Shown: positions 41,719 through 52,029 of the stretch, in pieces | Position numbering within the stretch: the first letter of the stretch is position 1 | Layout: the number at the start of each line of letters is the position of its first letter | Assembly: GCA_963707505.1 (NCBI GenBank) | Contig: CAVPQB010000003.1 | Coordinates: 224,001-288,000, forward strand | Source: an uncultured Gemmatimonadales bacterium | GTDB taxonomy: Bacteria > Gemmatimonadota > Gemmatimonadetes > Gemmatimonadales > Gemmatimonadaceae | DNA length: 64,000 bases | Direction of reading: 5' to 3' | Notes under the pieces: model-generated | Databases searched by the model: none | Seen by the model: the letters and a program-made list of their open reading frames with translations, nothing else | Told to the model about the DNA's origin: nothing | Position numbers and translations under genes: made by a program

Positions 41719-43464
41719 TCATCGCCGCCTTATCGGAATCAATCTCCGCCACCATCGCAACGCACGCTCTCGCTTGAGTGCCGCCGAAGCCGCCGCCCGC
41801 CAGGCTGATCGCATTTCGGCGGCATCGGCAAAGCGATTCGACGGCCGCGGCGCCAGTCCTATGCGCAGCCACTCCTCGATTGCCGTCGGCAGCTCCGATA
41901 GCTCGGTGCGCTCGCCAAGCTGCTGTGCAAGAATGGCCTGAACATCATTGCCACGAAATGGAAGCTCACCTGTAAGCACGAATGCGACGACCGCCGCAAG
42001 CGAGAAGCAATCCACGGCCGCGGTCTGCGCTTCGCCAAGGAGCTGCTCCGGAGCGGCAAAATCCAGCGAGCCGCCACTCGACACCCTGCCCTCGCCAGTG
42101 ACGTGCGCGATTCCAAAATCGGTGAGACGCCAGCGATGATATCTGTCGATCAGAACGTTCTCCGGCTTGAGGTCGCGGTGCACCACCCCGATCGCATGCG
42201 CCGCGCTCAGCCCGTCGAGTATGAGATCGACGTGAGGCGCAATCTCCTCCAAACTACGCGCACCACGACGCGCGATCAGCTGCGCAACCGATCCGCCTTC
42301 GGCGAGCTCCATCGTGTACCATGACAGTCCCTGCCGTCCGTCCCAGTCGTAGATCGGCACGATCGCCGGATGTGCCAACTGCGCTGCGAGCCGAGCCTCC
42401 TGCCAGAAGGCACCGACCGCCTCAGCGTCGCGCGCGATGTAGGGATGGAGCACCTTGAGAGCGATCTCGCGCTCCAGGGCCAGGTCGCGGGCGCGCCACA
42501 CGGTCCCAAAGCCGCCGCTGCCGAGCTTGGACAGGATTTCGTAGTCGTATCCCACGGCGTCCCGCACTACACGCTCGTTGGAGTCCTCGGGAACCGCAAC
42601 CTGGGTCTTGCCACGGTTCGGCGCGCCGCCGGGATCTGCGCCGTAGCCGCGTTCCGCGGCGCGAATGAGCGCAGCCATGGACTCGAACCTGTGCGCGGGA
42701 TCCGGCAGCAGCGCGCGATCCAGCGCTAGCGCGACGGACTCGGGAGTTTCCGGACGCAGCAGCTTTACCGGCGGCGTGTCGTGCACCGGCGCAGGCTCAC
42801 CAGTGAGCATGGCGAAGCACATCGCGGCGAGCTGCCACTGATCGCTCTCGGGAGTCGGCTCCCAGCCGCGCTCCGCCCACTCTGGTGGAACCGGTGCGAA
42901 ATCCAGGGGCGGATGCAGGCCGGCCGGCAGTTCTTCGCGCGGAACGGCCCACTGCCACTCCAGCATCCAGAACCGGCCCGTTGGCGTGATCCACAGTGCA
43001 TCGGCACTCAACGCGCCATGCACTGCGCCCGTGGTGTGCAGATACGCCAGCACGGATCCCGCTTCGCGCAGAATGCGCAATACGTACGGTACGTCCGCCG
43101 CGCCCATCCCCTCGAAGCGCGCGCCGGCGCTCTCGCCGGAAACCCAGCGGCGCAGATATCCAGGTCCACGGTCGCGCTGATTGGTCCAGAAGTGATACGT
43201 GGTCGGAATCGACGGATGGCTTCTGTGCGCAAGACCGATCGCCTCGGCGTGAAGCCACCGATGGTGCGCCGGATCGGGTGCCGTGACGAGCGCCAGCGCG
43301 CGCCCCAGGCCGTCGATTACTTCCTGGTAGTGGCGGAAATCGCCGGCGATTCCCTCCGCGCCCCAGCGCCAGCCGGGCGGAAGCTCCCATCCCGCCATGT
43401 GCGGAGGCAGCGTGCGCGTGACGCGGCGCTGGCGGGCGATCGAGCGAGGTGCGGGCGCGGTCAT
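41719..43464 (-). CDS. Ser/Thr protein kinase with N-terminal pseudokinase domain
   Basis: C-domain: GSGGFG, ALK, HRDLKPEN, DFG, APE. N-domain: HPSIP, HGALS, LEW, PPE, SDQWQLA. Confidence 0.88.
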   Translation of the reverse strand: MTAPAPRSIARQRRVTRTLPPHMAGWELPPGWRWGAEGIAGDFRHYQEVIDGLGRALALVTAPDPAHHRWLHAEAIGLAHRSHPSIPTTYHFWTNQRDRGPGYLRRWVSGESAGARFEGMGAADVPYVLRILREAGSVLAYLHTTGAVHGALSADALWITPTGRFWMLEWQWAVPREELPAGLHPPLDFAPVPPEWAERGWEPTPESDQWQLAAMCFAMLTGEPAPVHDTPPVKLLRPETPESVALALDRALLPDPAHRFESMAALIRAAERGYGADPGGAPNRGKTQVAVPEDSNERVVRDAVGYDYEILSKLGSGGFGTVWRARDLALEREIALKVLHPYIARDAEAVGAFWQEARLAAQLAHPAIVPIYDWDGRQGLSWYTMELAEGGSVAQLIARRGARSLEEIAPHVDLILDGLSAAHAIGVVHRDLKPENVLIDRYHRWRLTDFGIAHVTGEGRVSSGGSLDFAAPEQLLGEAQTAAVDCFSLAAVVAFVLTGELPFRGNDVQAILAQQLGERTELSELPTAIEEWLRIGLAPRPSNRFADAAEMRSAWRAAASAALKRERALRWWRRLIPIRRR

Positions 43465-43512
43465 CAGGTTGCTGTTAATATAGGACTGCCTTCACATAAT
43501 GAGCGTAGTATC

Positions 43513-44175
43513 GTGCCCCCAGAACCGCAAAACGCCGACCCGAAACTGCTTCCCAAGCTACTGAAGCAGATGACCCCAGGCGACGTGGCGGAGACGCTCG
43601 CGCGCGACCCGCGATTGATTCTTCCGGTGGGCACCATTGAAAAAACGCACTCCGGCCTGCCGATGGGTGCATCCACCATCGTCGTGGACCACGTTGCAGA
43701 TGCCCTGTCAGCCGAATTTGGCGTGCTCCGGGCGCCCACGGTCGAGTACGGCGTGAACGCCGCGCCGGAGCCCGAGTATCCGGCGAGCGTCACGCTCCGG
43801 AAGAAGACACTTCACCGGATGCTCAACGATCTGCTCACATCGTGGGAATGCCACGGCATCAATGAATTCGTCCTGCTTACCGCGCACGGCTACGACCCGC
43901 ATCTCGAGGCGATCTCGACGGTAGGGACGGTCCGCGCCCGGGTGCGCGTCGTCGATCTGTTCGCTGTAAACCTTTCGAATCTGACCGGTGTCAGACGGAG
44001 CGAAGACGATCGTGGGGGTATTTACGCTTCGCTACTGTTGTATCTCACCCCGTCGCTCGTCCACGTCGAAGATGCCGATCCCGGCGCCTCGGCGGAACAA
44101 GGGCGTGCCCTTTATGAGCGAATCCGCGCGCGGGTAAGCGAACGGATCTTCCTCGCACCGGTCCCGTCCGAATAG
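43513..44175 (+). CDS. Creatininase-family protein, degenerate
   Basis: LILPVGTIE, APTVEYGVN, LLTAHG, SLLLYLTPSLV. The start is GTG 43513 or ATG 43570. Confidence 0.75.
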   Translation: MPPEPQNADPKLLPKLLKQMTPGDVAETLARDPRLILPVGTIEKTHSGLPMGASTIVVDHVADALSAEFGVLRAPTVEYGVNAAPEPEYPASVTLRKKTLHRMLNDLLTSWECHGINEFVLLTAHGYDPHLEAISTVGTVRARVRVVDLFAVNLSNLTGVRRSEDDRGGIYASLLLYLTPSLVHVEDADPGASAEQGRALYERIRARVSERIFLAPVPSE

Positions 44176-44257
44176 CGTCGAACAAGCGGCTTGACATGAC
44201 GGTGCGGTAGGTCTGCATGATGAAGCGCCGCCATTCGAGAATGGCTGAAGAAATTGC

Positions 44258-44286
44258 TTGACAGCAGCACGGGGCAGACATAGTGT
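44258..44286 (+). promoter_or_regulatory. Sigma-70-type promoter for the efflux operon
   Basis: TTGACA (44258-63), 17-bp spacer, TAGTGT (44281-86). Confidence 0.65.
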
Positions 44287-44366
44287 ATTAGTTGACTGAT
44301 ACACTACGTAGTAAACGGCTTTCGGTACTGGCGCCGTCCAACAACGAATCTTTCACGCACTCATAC

Positions 44367-45875
44367 ATGAAGCCCAGACTGATTTGGGGCATCGCGGCGG
44401 TTGCCGCGCTGGTCGCCAATCCCGGTTCCGCACGCGCGCAGGTCACGGGGCGCCCGATGTTGCCCGACGCATCGCCGACCGCCCTGACGATCGACCAGGC
44501 GGTGGCGCTTGCACAGCACAACAATCCGGATTTCCTCTCGACACGCAATAATGCACGCAACGCGTCGCTGGCGCTTCGCAGTGCCTACGGCGGTCTCCTG
44601 CCGCAGCTCAGTGCATCGCTCAGCGGGCAGTACCAGCAGGGCGGACAGCAGTTCTTCAACGGTGTCTCGCTGAGCGCCAACAGCGACGTCATGCAGTCGC
44701 AGTACAACATCGGCCTCAACTATCGCATCAATGCGGCGACCTTCATCGCGCCCAAGGTGCAACGCGCGAACGTTGCCGCGGTGGACGCCGACATCGCAGG
44801 TGCGAAGGAAGCGCTGGCTGCAACGGTGCGGCAGGATTACCTGACGGCATTGCAGAGTCTCGCGCTGACACAGCTCAATGATTCGCTCGTTGCGAACGCG
44901 CAGGTTCAACTCGAGCTTGCGCGTGCCAAGGCGCAGGTCGGCACGGGAACGCTGCTCGATGTCCAACGCGCGGAAGTTGCACTCGGCCAGCAGCAGGTTG
45001 CATTGCTTCAGGCCCGGAATCAGAATGACATCGACAAGCTGCGCCTGTTTCAACAGATGGGCGTGACGCAACCGCAGAACGTCGAGCTCGTGACGACATT
45101 CACGGTCAGCGACACGCTGCCGCCGCTGACAGATCTGCTCGCAATGGCAAAGCGCCAGAATCCCGGCATTGTAGCGCTGCGTTCGCGCGAGGATGTCGCC
45201 AACCTGACGGTAAAGAGCGAGCGCACGGAGTACACCCCAACGCTGACGCTGTCCACGGGCATCGGCGGCTATACCTATCAGTATCGCGACGCGGGTTTCC
45301 TGATCAATCAGGCACAGGCCCAGACCGACGCCGCGCACTCCTCCTGCGTCGCCACGCAGGAAGTGCGACAGGCAGTGGGTCTGCCAAACACACTCGCGCA
45401 GTGTGCGAACATCACCTTCACACCCGCGATGGCGAGCAATCTGCGCGCGTCCAACTCTCAGTTCCCCTTCTCGTTCACGCCGTCTCCGCGCAGCATCTCG
45501 GCGCAGATATCGCTTCCCATATTCGATGGATTCGCACGTGAACAACGCGTGCAGCAAGCCGTCGTATCACGCGAGAATGCGCGCTACAACGTGCGCTCCC
45601 GCGAGCTGGCACTGCAGGCAGATGTCAGTGCTGCATACCTTTCGCTCCAGACCGCAAAGCAGACAGTCGCGCTTCAGGAGCAGAACTCGGCCAAGGCCAA
45701 GCAGGAGCTTCAGTTCGTTCAGGACCAGTACGCGGTCGGCCTCGCGACATTCGTTGACCTCACCACTTCTCGCGCGGCTTACGCCCAGGCGGAGAACGAC
45801 CGGATCAACGCGATCTACAACTACCACAAGGCAGTCGCCGCGCTGGAGAGCGCGGTTGGCCGTCCTCTACGTTAA
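44367..45875 (+). CDS. TolC-family outer-membrane efflux protein
   Basis: Signal peptide; ALAQHNNP, LLPQLS, ISLPIFDG, YAVGLATFVDL. Confidence 0.9.
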   Translation: MKPRLIWGIAAVAALVANPGSARAQVTGRPMLPDASPTALTIDQAVALAQHNNPDFLSTRNNARNASLALRSAYGGLLPQLSASLSGQYQQGGQQFFNGVSLSANSDVMQSQYNIGLNYRINAATFIAPKVQRANVAAVDADIAGAKEALAATVRQDYLTALQSLALTQLNDSLVANAQVQLELARAKAQVGTGTLLDVQRAEVALGQQQVALLQARNQNDIDKLRLFQQMGVTQPQNVELVTTFTVSDTLPPLTDLLAMAKRQNPGIVALRSREDVANLTVKSERTEYTPTLTLSTGIGGYTYQYRDAGFLINQAQAQTDAAHSSCVATQEVRQAVGLPNTLAQCANITFTPAMASNLRASNSQFPFSFTPSPRSISAQISLPIFDGFAREQRVQQAVVSRENARYNVRSRELALQADVSAAYLSLQTAKQTVALQEQNSAKAKQELQFVQDQYAVGLATFVDLTTSRAAYAQAENDRINAIYNYHKAVAALESAVGRPLR

Positions 45876-45886
45876 CGGACATCTCA

Positions 45887-47179
45887 ATGAAGAAACGTAC
45901 CAAGTCAATCGTCGCGGTCGCCGCACTGGCCGCCGTCGTGCTGATCGGAGTCGTGGCAGCCACCAAGGGACGCAGCAAGGCAGTCGACGTGAAGATCGAA
46001 GCCGTCGGCACACGTGACCTCGTTGCTTCGGTCACGGCGAGCGGACAGGTCGCTTCACACACGAAAGTGGATGTCGCGTCGGACGTCTCGGGCCGCATCA
46101 CGCGACTCGCCGTCAAGGAAGGCGACATGGTGAAGAAGGGTCAGTTCCTCCTGGAGATCGATCCGTCGCAGTATCAGGCAGCGGTCGGCCGCAACGTGGC
46201 AGCCGTAGCGAGCAGCCGCGCACAGGTCGAGCAGGCCAAGGCGACCCTTGCGCAGGCACAGAGCACCTATCAACGCACTGCCGATCTCCAGAAGCGCAAT
46301 CCGAAGCTGGTTTCAGCCGATCAGGTGGACCAGCTTCTCACCGCGGTCAAGGTCAACCAGGCACTCGTGGACAACGCGACGCACGGCGTAGCCCAGGCCG
46401 AGGCGGCGCTTCGCGACGCGCAGAGCTCGCTCGACAAGACGACCATCGTGTCGCCAATCGACGGACAGGTCACGCGTCTCAACGTCGAGCAGGGTGAAAC
46501 GGCGATCCAGGGTACGCTCAACAAGGACGCCGCGACGCTGCTCACCGTGAGTGACATGAGTAACCTGGAAACCAAGGTCAAGGTGAACGAGACTGACGTT
46601 GCCCACGTGAAGGTGGGTGACTCGGCCATCGTCCAGATCGACGCCTTTCCGGACACCACGTTCCGCGGCAAGGTGACGGAGATCTCGAATAGCTCGCTCA
46701 CGACCGCGGCGGCGACCAGCGCCGGCAGCCAGGCCGATCAGGCTGTGGATTACTACGTCACCGTACAGCTGCTGAATCCGCCCGCGCAGACGCGCCCGGA
46801 CTTCTCGGCGACGGCCAAGATCATCACCGACACCAGGCCCCACGCGCTGGCGATTCCGATCATCGCTCTGACCATCCGTGAGAACGGGCCGGTCACCAAC
46901 GGCGGAGACTCCGCAGCAGCAGTCGGCAAGACTCCCGTCAAGGAAGTCGGCAAAAAGGACGCAGATGGGGTATTCGTCGTGGGCGCGGACAACAAGGTCA
47001 CCTTCCGGCCCGTAAAGGTAGGTATCGCGGGAGAGCAGTACTTCGAGGTCGTGAGCGGCCTCAAGCCGGGCGAGAAAATCGTCTCCGGTACGTACCAGGC
47101 TATCCGCGATCTAAAGGACGGCACTGTCGTGCGCGCGGCCAAGCCCGCGAAGAAGGGCGACTCAACGAAATCGTCATGA
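45887..47179 (+). CDS. MacA-like periplasmic adaptor (membrane fusion protein)
   Basis: N-terminal TM, VSGRI..VKEGD.VKKGQ lipoyl half-motif, [16 protein letters not shown]. Confidence 0.9.
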   Translation: MKKRTKSIVAVAALAAVVLIGVVAATKGRSKAVDVKIEAVGTRDLVASVTASGQVASHTKVDVASDVSGRITRLAVKEGDMVKKGQFLLEIDPSQYQAAVGRNVAAVASSRAQVEQAKATLAQAQSTYQRTADLQKRNPKLVSADQVDQLLTAVKVNQALVDNATHGVAQAEAALRDAQSSLDKTTIVSPIDGQVTRLNVEQGETAIQGTLNKDAATLLTVSDMSNLETKVKVNETDVAHVKVGDSAIVQIDAFPDTTFRGKVTEISNSSLTTAAATSAGSQADQAVDYYVTVQLLNPPAQTRPDFSATAKIITDTRPHALAIPIIALTIRENGPVTNGGDSAAAVGKTPVKEVGKKDADGVFVVGADNKVTFRPVKVGIAGEQYFEVVSGLKPGEKIVSGTYQAIRDLKDGTVVRAAKPAKKGDSTKSS

Positions 47180-47991
47180 ACAATGAAATAGAAGAAGCAC
47201 CGCTCAGCACCACTGCCGAACGCAGAGCGGTCACGCAAGTAGCCGGTGTCACACCGGGTCAGGAATGGGCGATCGTCGCGCGGGGTCTCAAGCGCGAGTA
47301 CGACATGGGTGGCGAAATTGTGCGCGCGCTGCGTGGCGTGGACGTCGCCGTGCGCCGCAACGAATACGTCGCGATCATGGGTCCGTCAGGATCCGGCAAG
47401 TCGACGCTGATGAATCTCATCGGCTGCCTGGACACGCCTGACGCTGGTGAGTACTGGCTGAATGGCACGCTCGTCTCCGACATGTCCGACGATCAGCTGG
47501 CGCACGTCAGGAACAAGGAAATCGGATTCGTCTTCCAGACGTTCAACCTGCTTCCCCGCTCCACGGCGCTTCAGAACGTGGAGTTGCCGCTCGTGTACGC
47601 GGGTGTCGGCAGCGAAGAGCGGCGCGCGCGCGCCAAGGAAGCACTCGAGCGTGTGGAGCTCGGCTCGCGTCTGGATCACCGACCGAACGAGCTCTCGGGA
47701 GGTCAGCGCCAGCGCGTCGCAATCGCGCGCGCACTGGTGAACCGGCCGGCGATCCTGCTCGCCGACGAGCCGACGGGAAATCTCGACTCGCGCACATCGG
47801 AAGACATCATGCGCGTTTTCAGCGGACTGTCCGATCATGGACAGACGGTAATCATGGTAACGCACGAGCCCGACATCGCCGCGCACGCGCGTCGCGTAAT
47901 CGTGCTGCGTGACGGTGTCGTCGAGACGGACGAGCGCAAGGAAATGTTCCATGAGCGTCTCACCACGTTCGGCTCCTCGGTAGTCGGCTAG
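47176..47991 (+). CDS. ABC transporter ATP-binding protein (MacB/LolD type)
   Basis: [35 protein letters not shown]. Confidence 0.95.
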   Translation: MNNEIEEAPLSTTAERRAVTQVAGVTPGQEWAIVARGLKREYDMGGEIVRALRGVDVAVRRNEYVAIMGPSGSGKSTLMNLIGCLDTPDAGEYWLNGTLVSDMSDDQLAHVRNKEIGFVFQTFNLLPRSTALQNVELPLVYAGVGSEERRARAKEALERVELGSRLDHRPNELSGGQRQRVAIARALVNRPAILLADEPTGNLDSRTSEDIMRVFSGLSDHGQTVIMVTHEPDIAAHARRVIVLRDGVVETDERKEMFHERLTTFGSSVVG

Positions 47992-47996
47992 GCCAC

Positions 47997-49241
47997 GTGC
48001 GCTTCTACGAAGCCGTTCGTCTCGCGCTGTCCACGATCCGAGTGCAGAAGCTGAAGAGCTTCTTCACTCTGCTGGGAGTGATGATTGGCGTGATGTTCCT
48101 CATCGCCGTCGTCTCGATCGTCGAGGGGATGGGCCACTACATGCAGGACGATTTGATGGGCAAGCTCATTCCCATCAACACGTTCAATCTGCGCAGAACT
48201 CCAGACGTGCAGCTCGGCAACATCGATCGGGCCACGTGGCAGGAGTGGCAGCGTCGCCCTCGCATCAAGGAGGAGGACATAGCGCCGGTGCTGGCTGCGC
48301 TTCCCGCTGGCGCCAAAGCGGCGGTCGTCAGTCAGAACAATCTGATGGTCGAGTCGCGCTACGTCCCGAAGCCCAAGCAGGTCGATGCCTCGAACGTCAC
48401 TGCACCGTGGTTCGACATCAAGAAAATGGGCGTCACTGAAGGACGCGTTTTCACTGCGCAGGAAGATGCAATGGGCGCGCCCGTTGTGGTGATCGGTACG
48501 GATGTCGCGTCTTACTTCTTCCCGAGCGTGGATCCGATCGGGCGCGAGCTCAGGGTGGGCCATATTCCGTACACCGTCATCGGCATCGCGGAGAGCCAGG
48601 GCAGCGTGTTCGGCCAGTCGCTGGACAAGTTCATCGTAGCGCCATTCAACTCACCGCTCAAGCAGCTTACCAACCGGCACGGCGTCATCGACGGCATAAT
48701 GATTCAATCGCCCGATGAAACCACGATGCTCGCGACGGAAGATGCCGTGCGCTCCGTCATGCGCGCGCGCCGGAAACTCCTTCCGGAGCAGAAGGACAAC
48801 TTCGTGCTCGAAACGTCCGATCAGGACCTCGAGTTCTGGAACAAGATCAAGGGATATCTCGTCGTGGCCGGAATCGCGCTCCCTGCGATCGGTCTGGTCG
48901 TGGGCGCAATCGTCATCATGAACATCATGCTCGTCGCAGTCGCCGAGCGCACTGCTGAGATCGGCGTTCGCAAGGCACTCGGCGCACGTCGGCAGGACAT
49001 TCTGGCGCAGTTCCTGGTCGAGTCTGCGACACTCAGCACTTTCGGGTCGGCGATCGGCGTGGTGTGCGGGATAGGAATCTCTGCGATAATTGCAGCTGTG
49101 TCGCCATTGCCAACACACGTCGCACTCTGGTCGATCGTCGTTGCCGTCCTGCTCGGAGCCGGAGTGGGAATCATCGCCGGTGTTTATCCGGCAAGCCGTG
49201 CCGCGCTGCTCGATCCGATCACAGCTCTGAGGGCGGAATGA
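47997..49241 (+). CDS. MacB/FtsX-type ABC permease 1
   Basis: TLLGVMIGV, IMNIMLVAVAERTAEIGVRKALGA, LDPITALRAE. Confidence 0.93.
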   Translation: MRFYEAVRLALSTIRVQKLKSFFTLLGVMIGVMFLIAVVSIVEGMGHYMQDDLMGKLIPINTFNLRRTPDVQLGNIDRATWQEWQRRPRIKEEDIAPVLAALPAGAKAAVVSQNNLMVESRYVPKPKQVDASNVTAPWFDIKKMGVTEGRVFTAQEDAMGAPVVVIGTDVASYFFPSVDPIGRELRVGHIPYTVIGIAESQGSVFGQSLDKFIVAPFNSPLKQLTNRHGVIDGIMIQSPDETTMLATEDAVRSVMRARRKLLPEQKDNFVLETSDQDLEFWNKIKGYLVVAGIALPAIGLVVGAIVIMNIMLVAVAERTAEIGVRKALGARRQDILAQFLVESATLSTFGSAIGVVCGIGISAIIAAVSPLPTHVALWSIVVAVLLGAGVGIIAGVYPASRAALLDPITALRAE

Positions 49242-50488
49242 GTCTCGCAACGCGGGTGTATTCGATATTCCAGGGCGTTAACATCGCGCTGGACGCTTTG
49301 AGAGCAAACCGGGTTCGTGCCGCGCTTACGATCCTCGGTGTCGCTGTCGGCGTGTTCGTCGTCGTCGTGATCTCCGGAGCCATTCACGGAATCAACTCGA
49401 GCGTCGCCAAGGATTTCGAGAAGGCGGGCCCATCGACGTTCTTTGTTTCTCGCTATCCGATCAGCTTCGAAGCGTGTGATGGCACTGATGACACCTGCAA
49501 GTGGCTCAGGAATCCTCCGATCTCCAACACGGAGATAGAGCGGCTCACGGTGCTCCCGGGAATCCAAACGGTTTCTGTGCGCGCGAACGATCAGGGACCC
49601 GTCTCGTATCGCCAGCAGACGATTCCGTCGCCCCGCATAACGGCATACACCGCAAACTGGACTGACGTTGACGGCGGTGACATCGATCCAGGCCGGACGT
49701 TCACGCCTGCGGAGAACTCGTCGGGAGCGCGCGTCGCGCTGATCAACGACGAGATGGCGACAGATCTGTTCGGCGACCTCGATCCGATCGGTAAGCAGAT
49801 CTCGATCAAGGGCGAGCCGTTCGAGGTGATCGGAGTCTACCACTACATCGCAAGCTTCCTCAGTGGCGGCAACGGGGCGAAGGCAATCGTCCCGATCGAG
49901 ACTGCACGCCGTCACCTTGGAACCGGGATGCGCAACATTCAGGTGACAGTCAAGCCCGAGGCGGGAGTCGAACGCGACGATGCGATCGATGAAGTCACGG
50001 CGGCGCTTCGGGTAACGCGCGGCCTCAAGCCCGGCGTCGACAACACGTTCGCGATCATCACACAGGACAAGCTGTTCGAGACCTACAACAAGGTCTTCGG
50101 CATGTTCTTCATCGTAATGATCGCCTTATCGGCGGTCGGGACGCTAGTCGGTGGCGTAGGCGTGATCGCGATCATGATGATCAGCGTCACCGAGCGCACG
50201 CGTGAAATTGGAGTCCGAAAGGCGTTAGGGGCAACCCGCAGGACGATCCTGTGGCAATTCCTCATCGAGGCCGTAACGCTTACCGGCATCGGCGCGTTCG
50301 TCGGCATGTTCGTCGGTTGGCTCGGAACCCTGGCACTCCGCGCTGCGACTCCGATCGCAGCCAGTATTCCGCTCTGGTCGATCGGAACGGCAGTCGGCGC
50401 GAGCGTGGTGACGGGAATCATCTTCGGCATGCTGCCAGCGCTTCGCGCATCGCGTCTCGATCCCGTCGAAGCTCTGCGCTACGAGTAG
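49238..50488 (+). CDS. MacB/FtsX-type ABC permease 2
   Basis: LTILGVAVGV, SVTERTREIGVRKALGA, LDPVEALRYE; ATGA overlap with permease 1. Confidence 0.93.
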   Translation: MSLATRVYSIFQGVNIALDALRANRVRAALTILGVAVGVFVVVVISGAIHGINSSVAKDFEKAGPSTFFVSRYPISFEACDGTDDTCKWLRNPPISNTEIERLTVLPGIQTVSVRANDQGPVSYRQQTIPSPRITAYTANWTDVDGGDIDPGRTFTPAENSSGARVALINDEMATDLFGDLDPIGKQISIKGEPFEVIGVYHYIASFLSGGNGAKAIVPIETARRHLGTGMRNIQVTVKPEAGVERDDAIDEVTAALRVTRGLKPGVDNTFAIITQDKLFETYNKVFGMFFIVMIALSAVGTLVGGVGVIAIMMISVTERTREIGVRKALGATRRTILWQFLIEAVTLTGIGAFVGMFVGWLGTLALRAATPIAASIPLWSIGTAVGASVVTGIIFGMLPALRASRLDPVEALRYE

Positions 50489-50496
50489 ATGCTCCC

Positions 50497-50533
50497 GTTT
50501 ATGCTCGGTGCCAGCCCGGCACCGAGCATAAAC
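50497..50533. terminator. Perfect 16-bp inverted repeat after the efflux operon
   Basis: GTTTATGCTCGGTGCC-AGCCC-GGCACCGAGCATAAAC; no clear U-tract. Confidence 0.5.
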
Positions 50534-50573
50534 CGAATGACGCAACTGGCGCCAGCGCCGTAATTTCATGCGC

Positions 50574-51293
50574 ATGCCAGATGTGGAAATACTTGCGATC
50601 GCGGCGCACCGCGACGACATCGAGCTCACGTGCGGCGGCAGCCTCATCAAGTCCGCGCGTCAGGGCCGCACCACAGCAATAATAGATCTCACCGCAGGTG
50701 AAACGGGCACGCGAGGCTCTGCCGCGCTCAGAGCGCAGGAATCCGAAGCGGCCGCCAGGATTCTTGGCGTCGGTCAGCGCATCAATCTGGGTCTTCCGGA
50801 CGCCGGCCTGGTGAATACGCCGGAAACGCGCGCGCTGCTTGCGATCGCGATTCGTCAATTGCGCCCGCGCATCGTCATTGCCCCGCCACTGCAGGGGCGC
50901 CATCCGGACCACATCGTGGCCGGACAACTCGTACGTGACGCATGCTTCATCGCTGGTCTCGCGAAGGTCGCGCCCGAGACGCCGCCGCACCGGCCCATGA
51001 AAGTGATTCACGCCATCGCGTTCCGTGAGGATCACGTCAAGCCGACGTTCGTCGTGGACATAACCGATGTGTTCGAGGTCAAGATGCGCGCGATCGGCTG
51101 CTACGCGTCGCAGTTCGACGATGCGATTCAGGCCGGCGAGGTGTATCCCACGGGCGAGCCGCTTTACGATGTGATTCGACACCAGTCGGCGCATTACGGA
51201 TCGCTGATCCGGACTCGCTTTGGTGAGCCATTCTACACCACCGAAACCATGCGGGTCGACGATATCGGCGCGCTGGAGGTCGCGACATTTTGA
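50574..51293 (+). CDS. bshB1: PIG-L family deacetylase, BshB1-like
   Basis: AAHRDDIELTCGG, DLTAGETGTRG, RHPDH, CYASQF. Confidence 0.8.
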   Translation: MPDVEILAIAAHRDDIELTCGGSLIKSARQGRTTAIIDLTAGETGTRGSAALRAQESEAAARILGVGQRINLGLPDAGLVNTPETRALLAIAIRQLRPRIVIAPPLQGRHPDHIVAGQLVRDACFIAGLAKVAPETPPHRPMKVIHAIAFREDHVKPTFVVDITDVFEVKMRAIGCYASQFDDAIQAGEVYPTGEPLYDVIRHQSAHYGSLIRTRFGEPFYTTETMRVDDIGALEVATF

Positions 51294-52024
51294 CGGATGA
51301 TGAGCCAACCTACCCGACGTATCTGAAGCTCGCCGAGCTTCTGTCGCTGCAGGTTCCGCGCAGCTCGCCCGAGCATCCGGACGAATTGTTGTTCATCACA
51401 GTGCACCAGTCGAGTGAATTGTGGTTCAAGTTGATATTGCACGAGCTCGGCAAGCTGCGGAATTCGATCGCGAACGGGCGCGTTCTCGAAGCAGTTGAAT
51501 CTGTGGGAAGAGTGAATGGCCTCATGCGGATCGTCACCGCGCAGCTTCATGCACTCGACACGTTGTCGCCGCAGGGATTCTCGCAGTTCCGGCACAACCT
51601 CGGAACATCCACCGGTGGCCAGAGTGCGCAGTTTCGCGCGATCGAGTTGATATCGGGATTGCGTGATCCCGGCTATCTGGAATATGTCAAGTCACAGCAA
51701 CCGTTGGACCCGATCGTCGAGCGAGCACTGTCGCAGTCGTCACTGCCCGAGCTGTTCGCGCAGTTGCTGTCGCAGCGCAACCTTACAGCACGCACGCTGT
51801 ACGCGACTGACGACGAGCGCGAGCTCAGATTGCTGGCCGAGGGTCTGCTATCGTACGAGCAGGAATTCGCGATGTGGCGCTTCCTGCACGTAGAGGTGAT
51901 CGAGCGCGTCATAGGTCCGTCGACCCCCGGCACGGGCGGGTCGCTCGGCGCCAAGGCCCTCCGCGACACGCTCGGCAACCGTTTCTTCCCGGAGCTCTGG
52001 GCGGTCCGGGCGGAATTTTATTAG
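51290..52024 (+). CDS. kynA: Tryptophan 2,3-dioxygenase family protein
   Basis: YLKLAELLSLQ, DELLFITVHQSSELWFK, QSAQFR, GTGGS, FFPELW. Confidence 0.88.
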   Translation: MTDDEPTYPTYLKLAELLSLQVPRSSPEHPDELLFITVHQSSELWFKLILHELGKLRNSIANGRVLEAVESVGRVNGLMRIVTAQLHALDTLSPQGFSQFRHNLGTSTGGQSAQFRAIELISGLRDPGYLEYVKSQQPLDPIVERALSQSSLPELFAQLLSQRNLTARTLYATDDERELRLLAEGLLSYEQEFAMWRFLHVEVIERVIGPSTPGTGGSLGAKALRDTLGNRFFPELWAVRAEFY

Positions 52025-52029
52025 CTTTC

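Noticed and set aside
43513..44175. Mycofactocin (MftE) or other RiPP cluster
   Set aside because: No precursor peptide, RRE or SPASM radical SAM gene is nearby, and the only radical SAM in the window is RimO.
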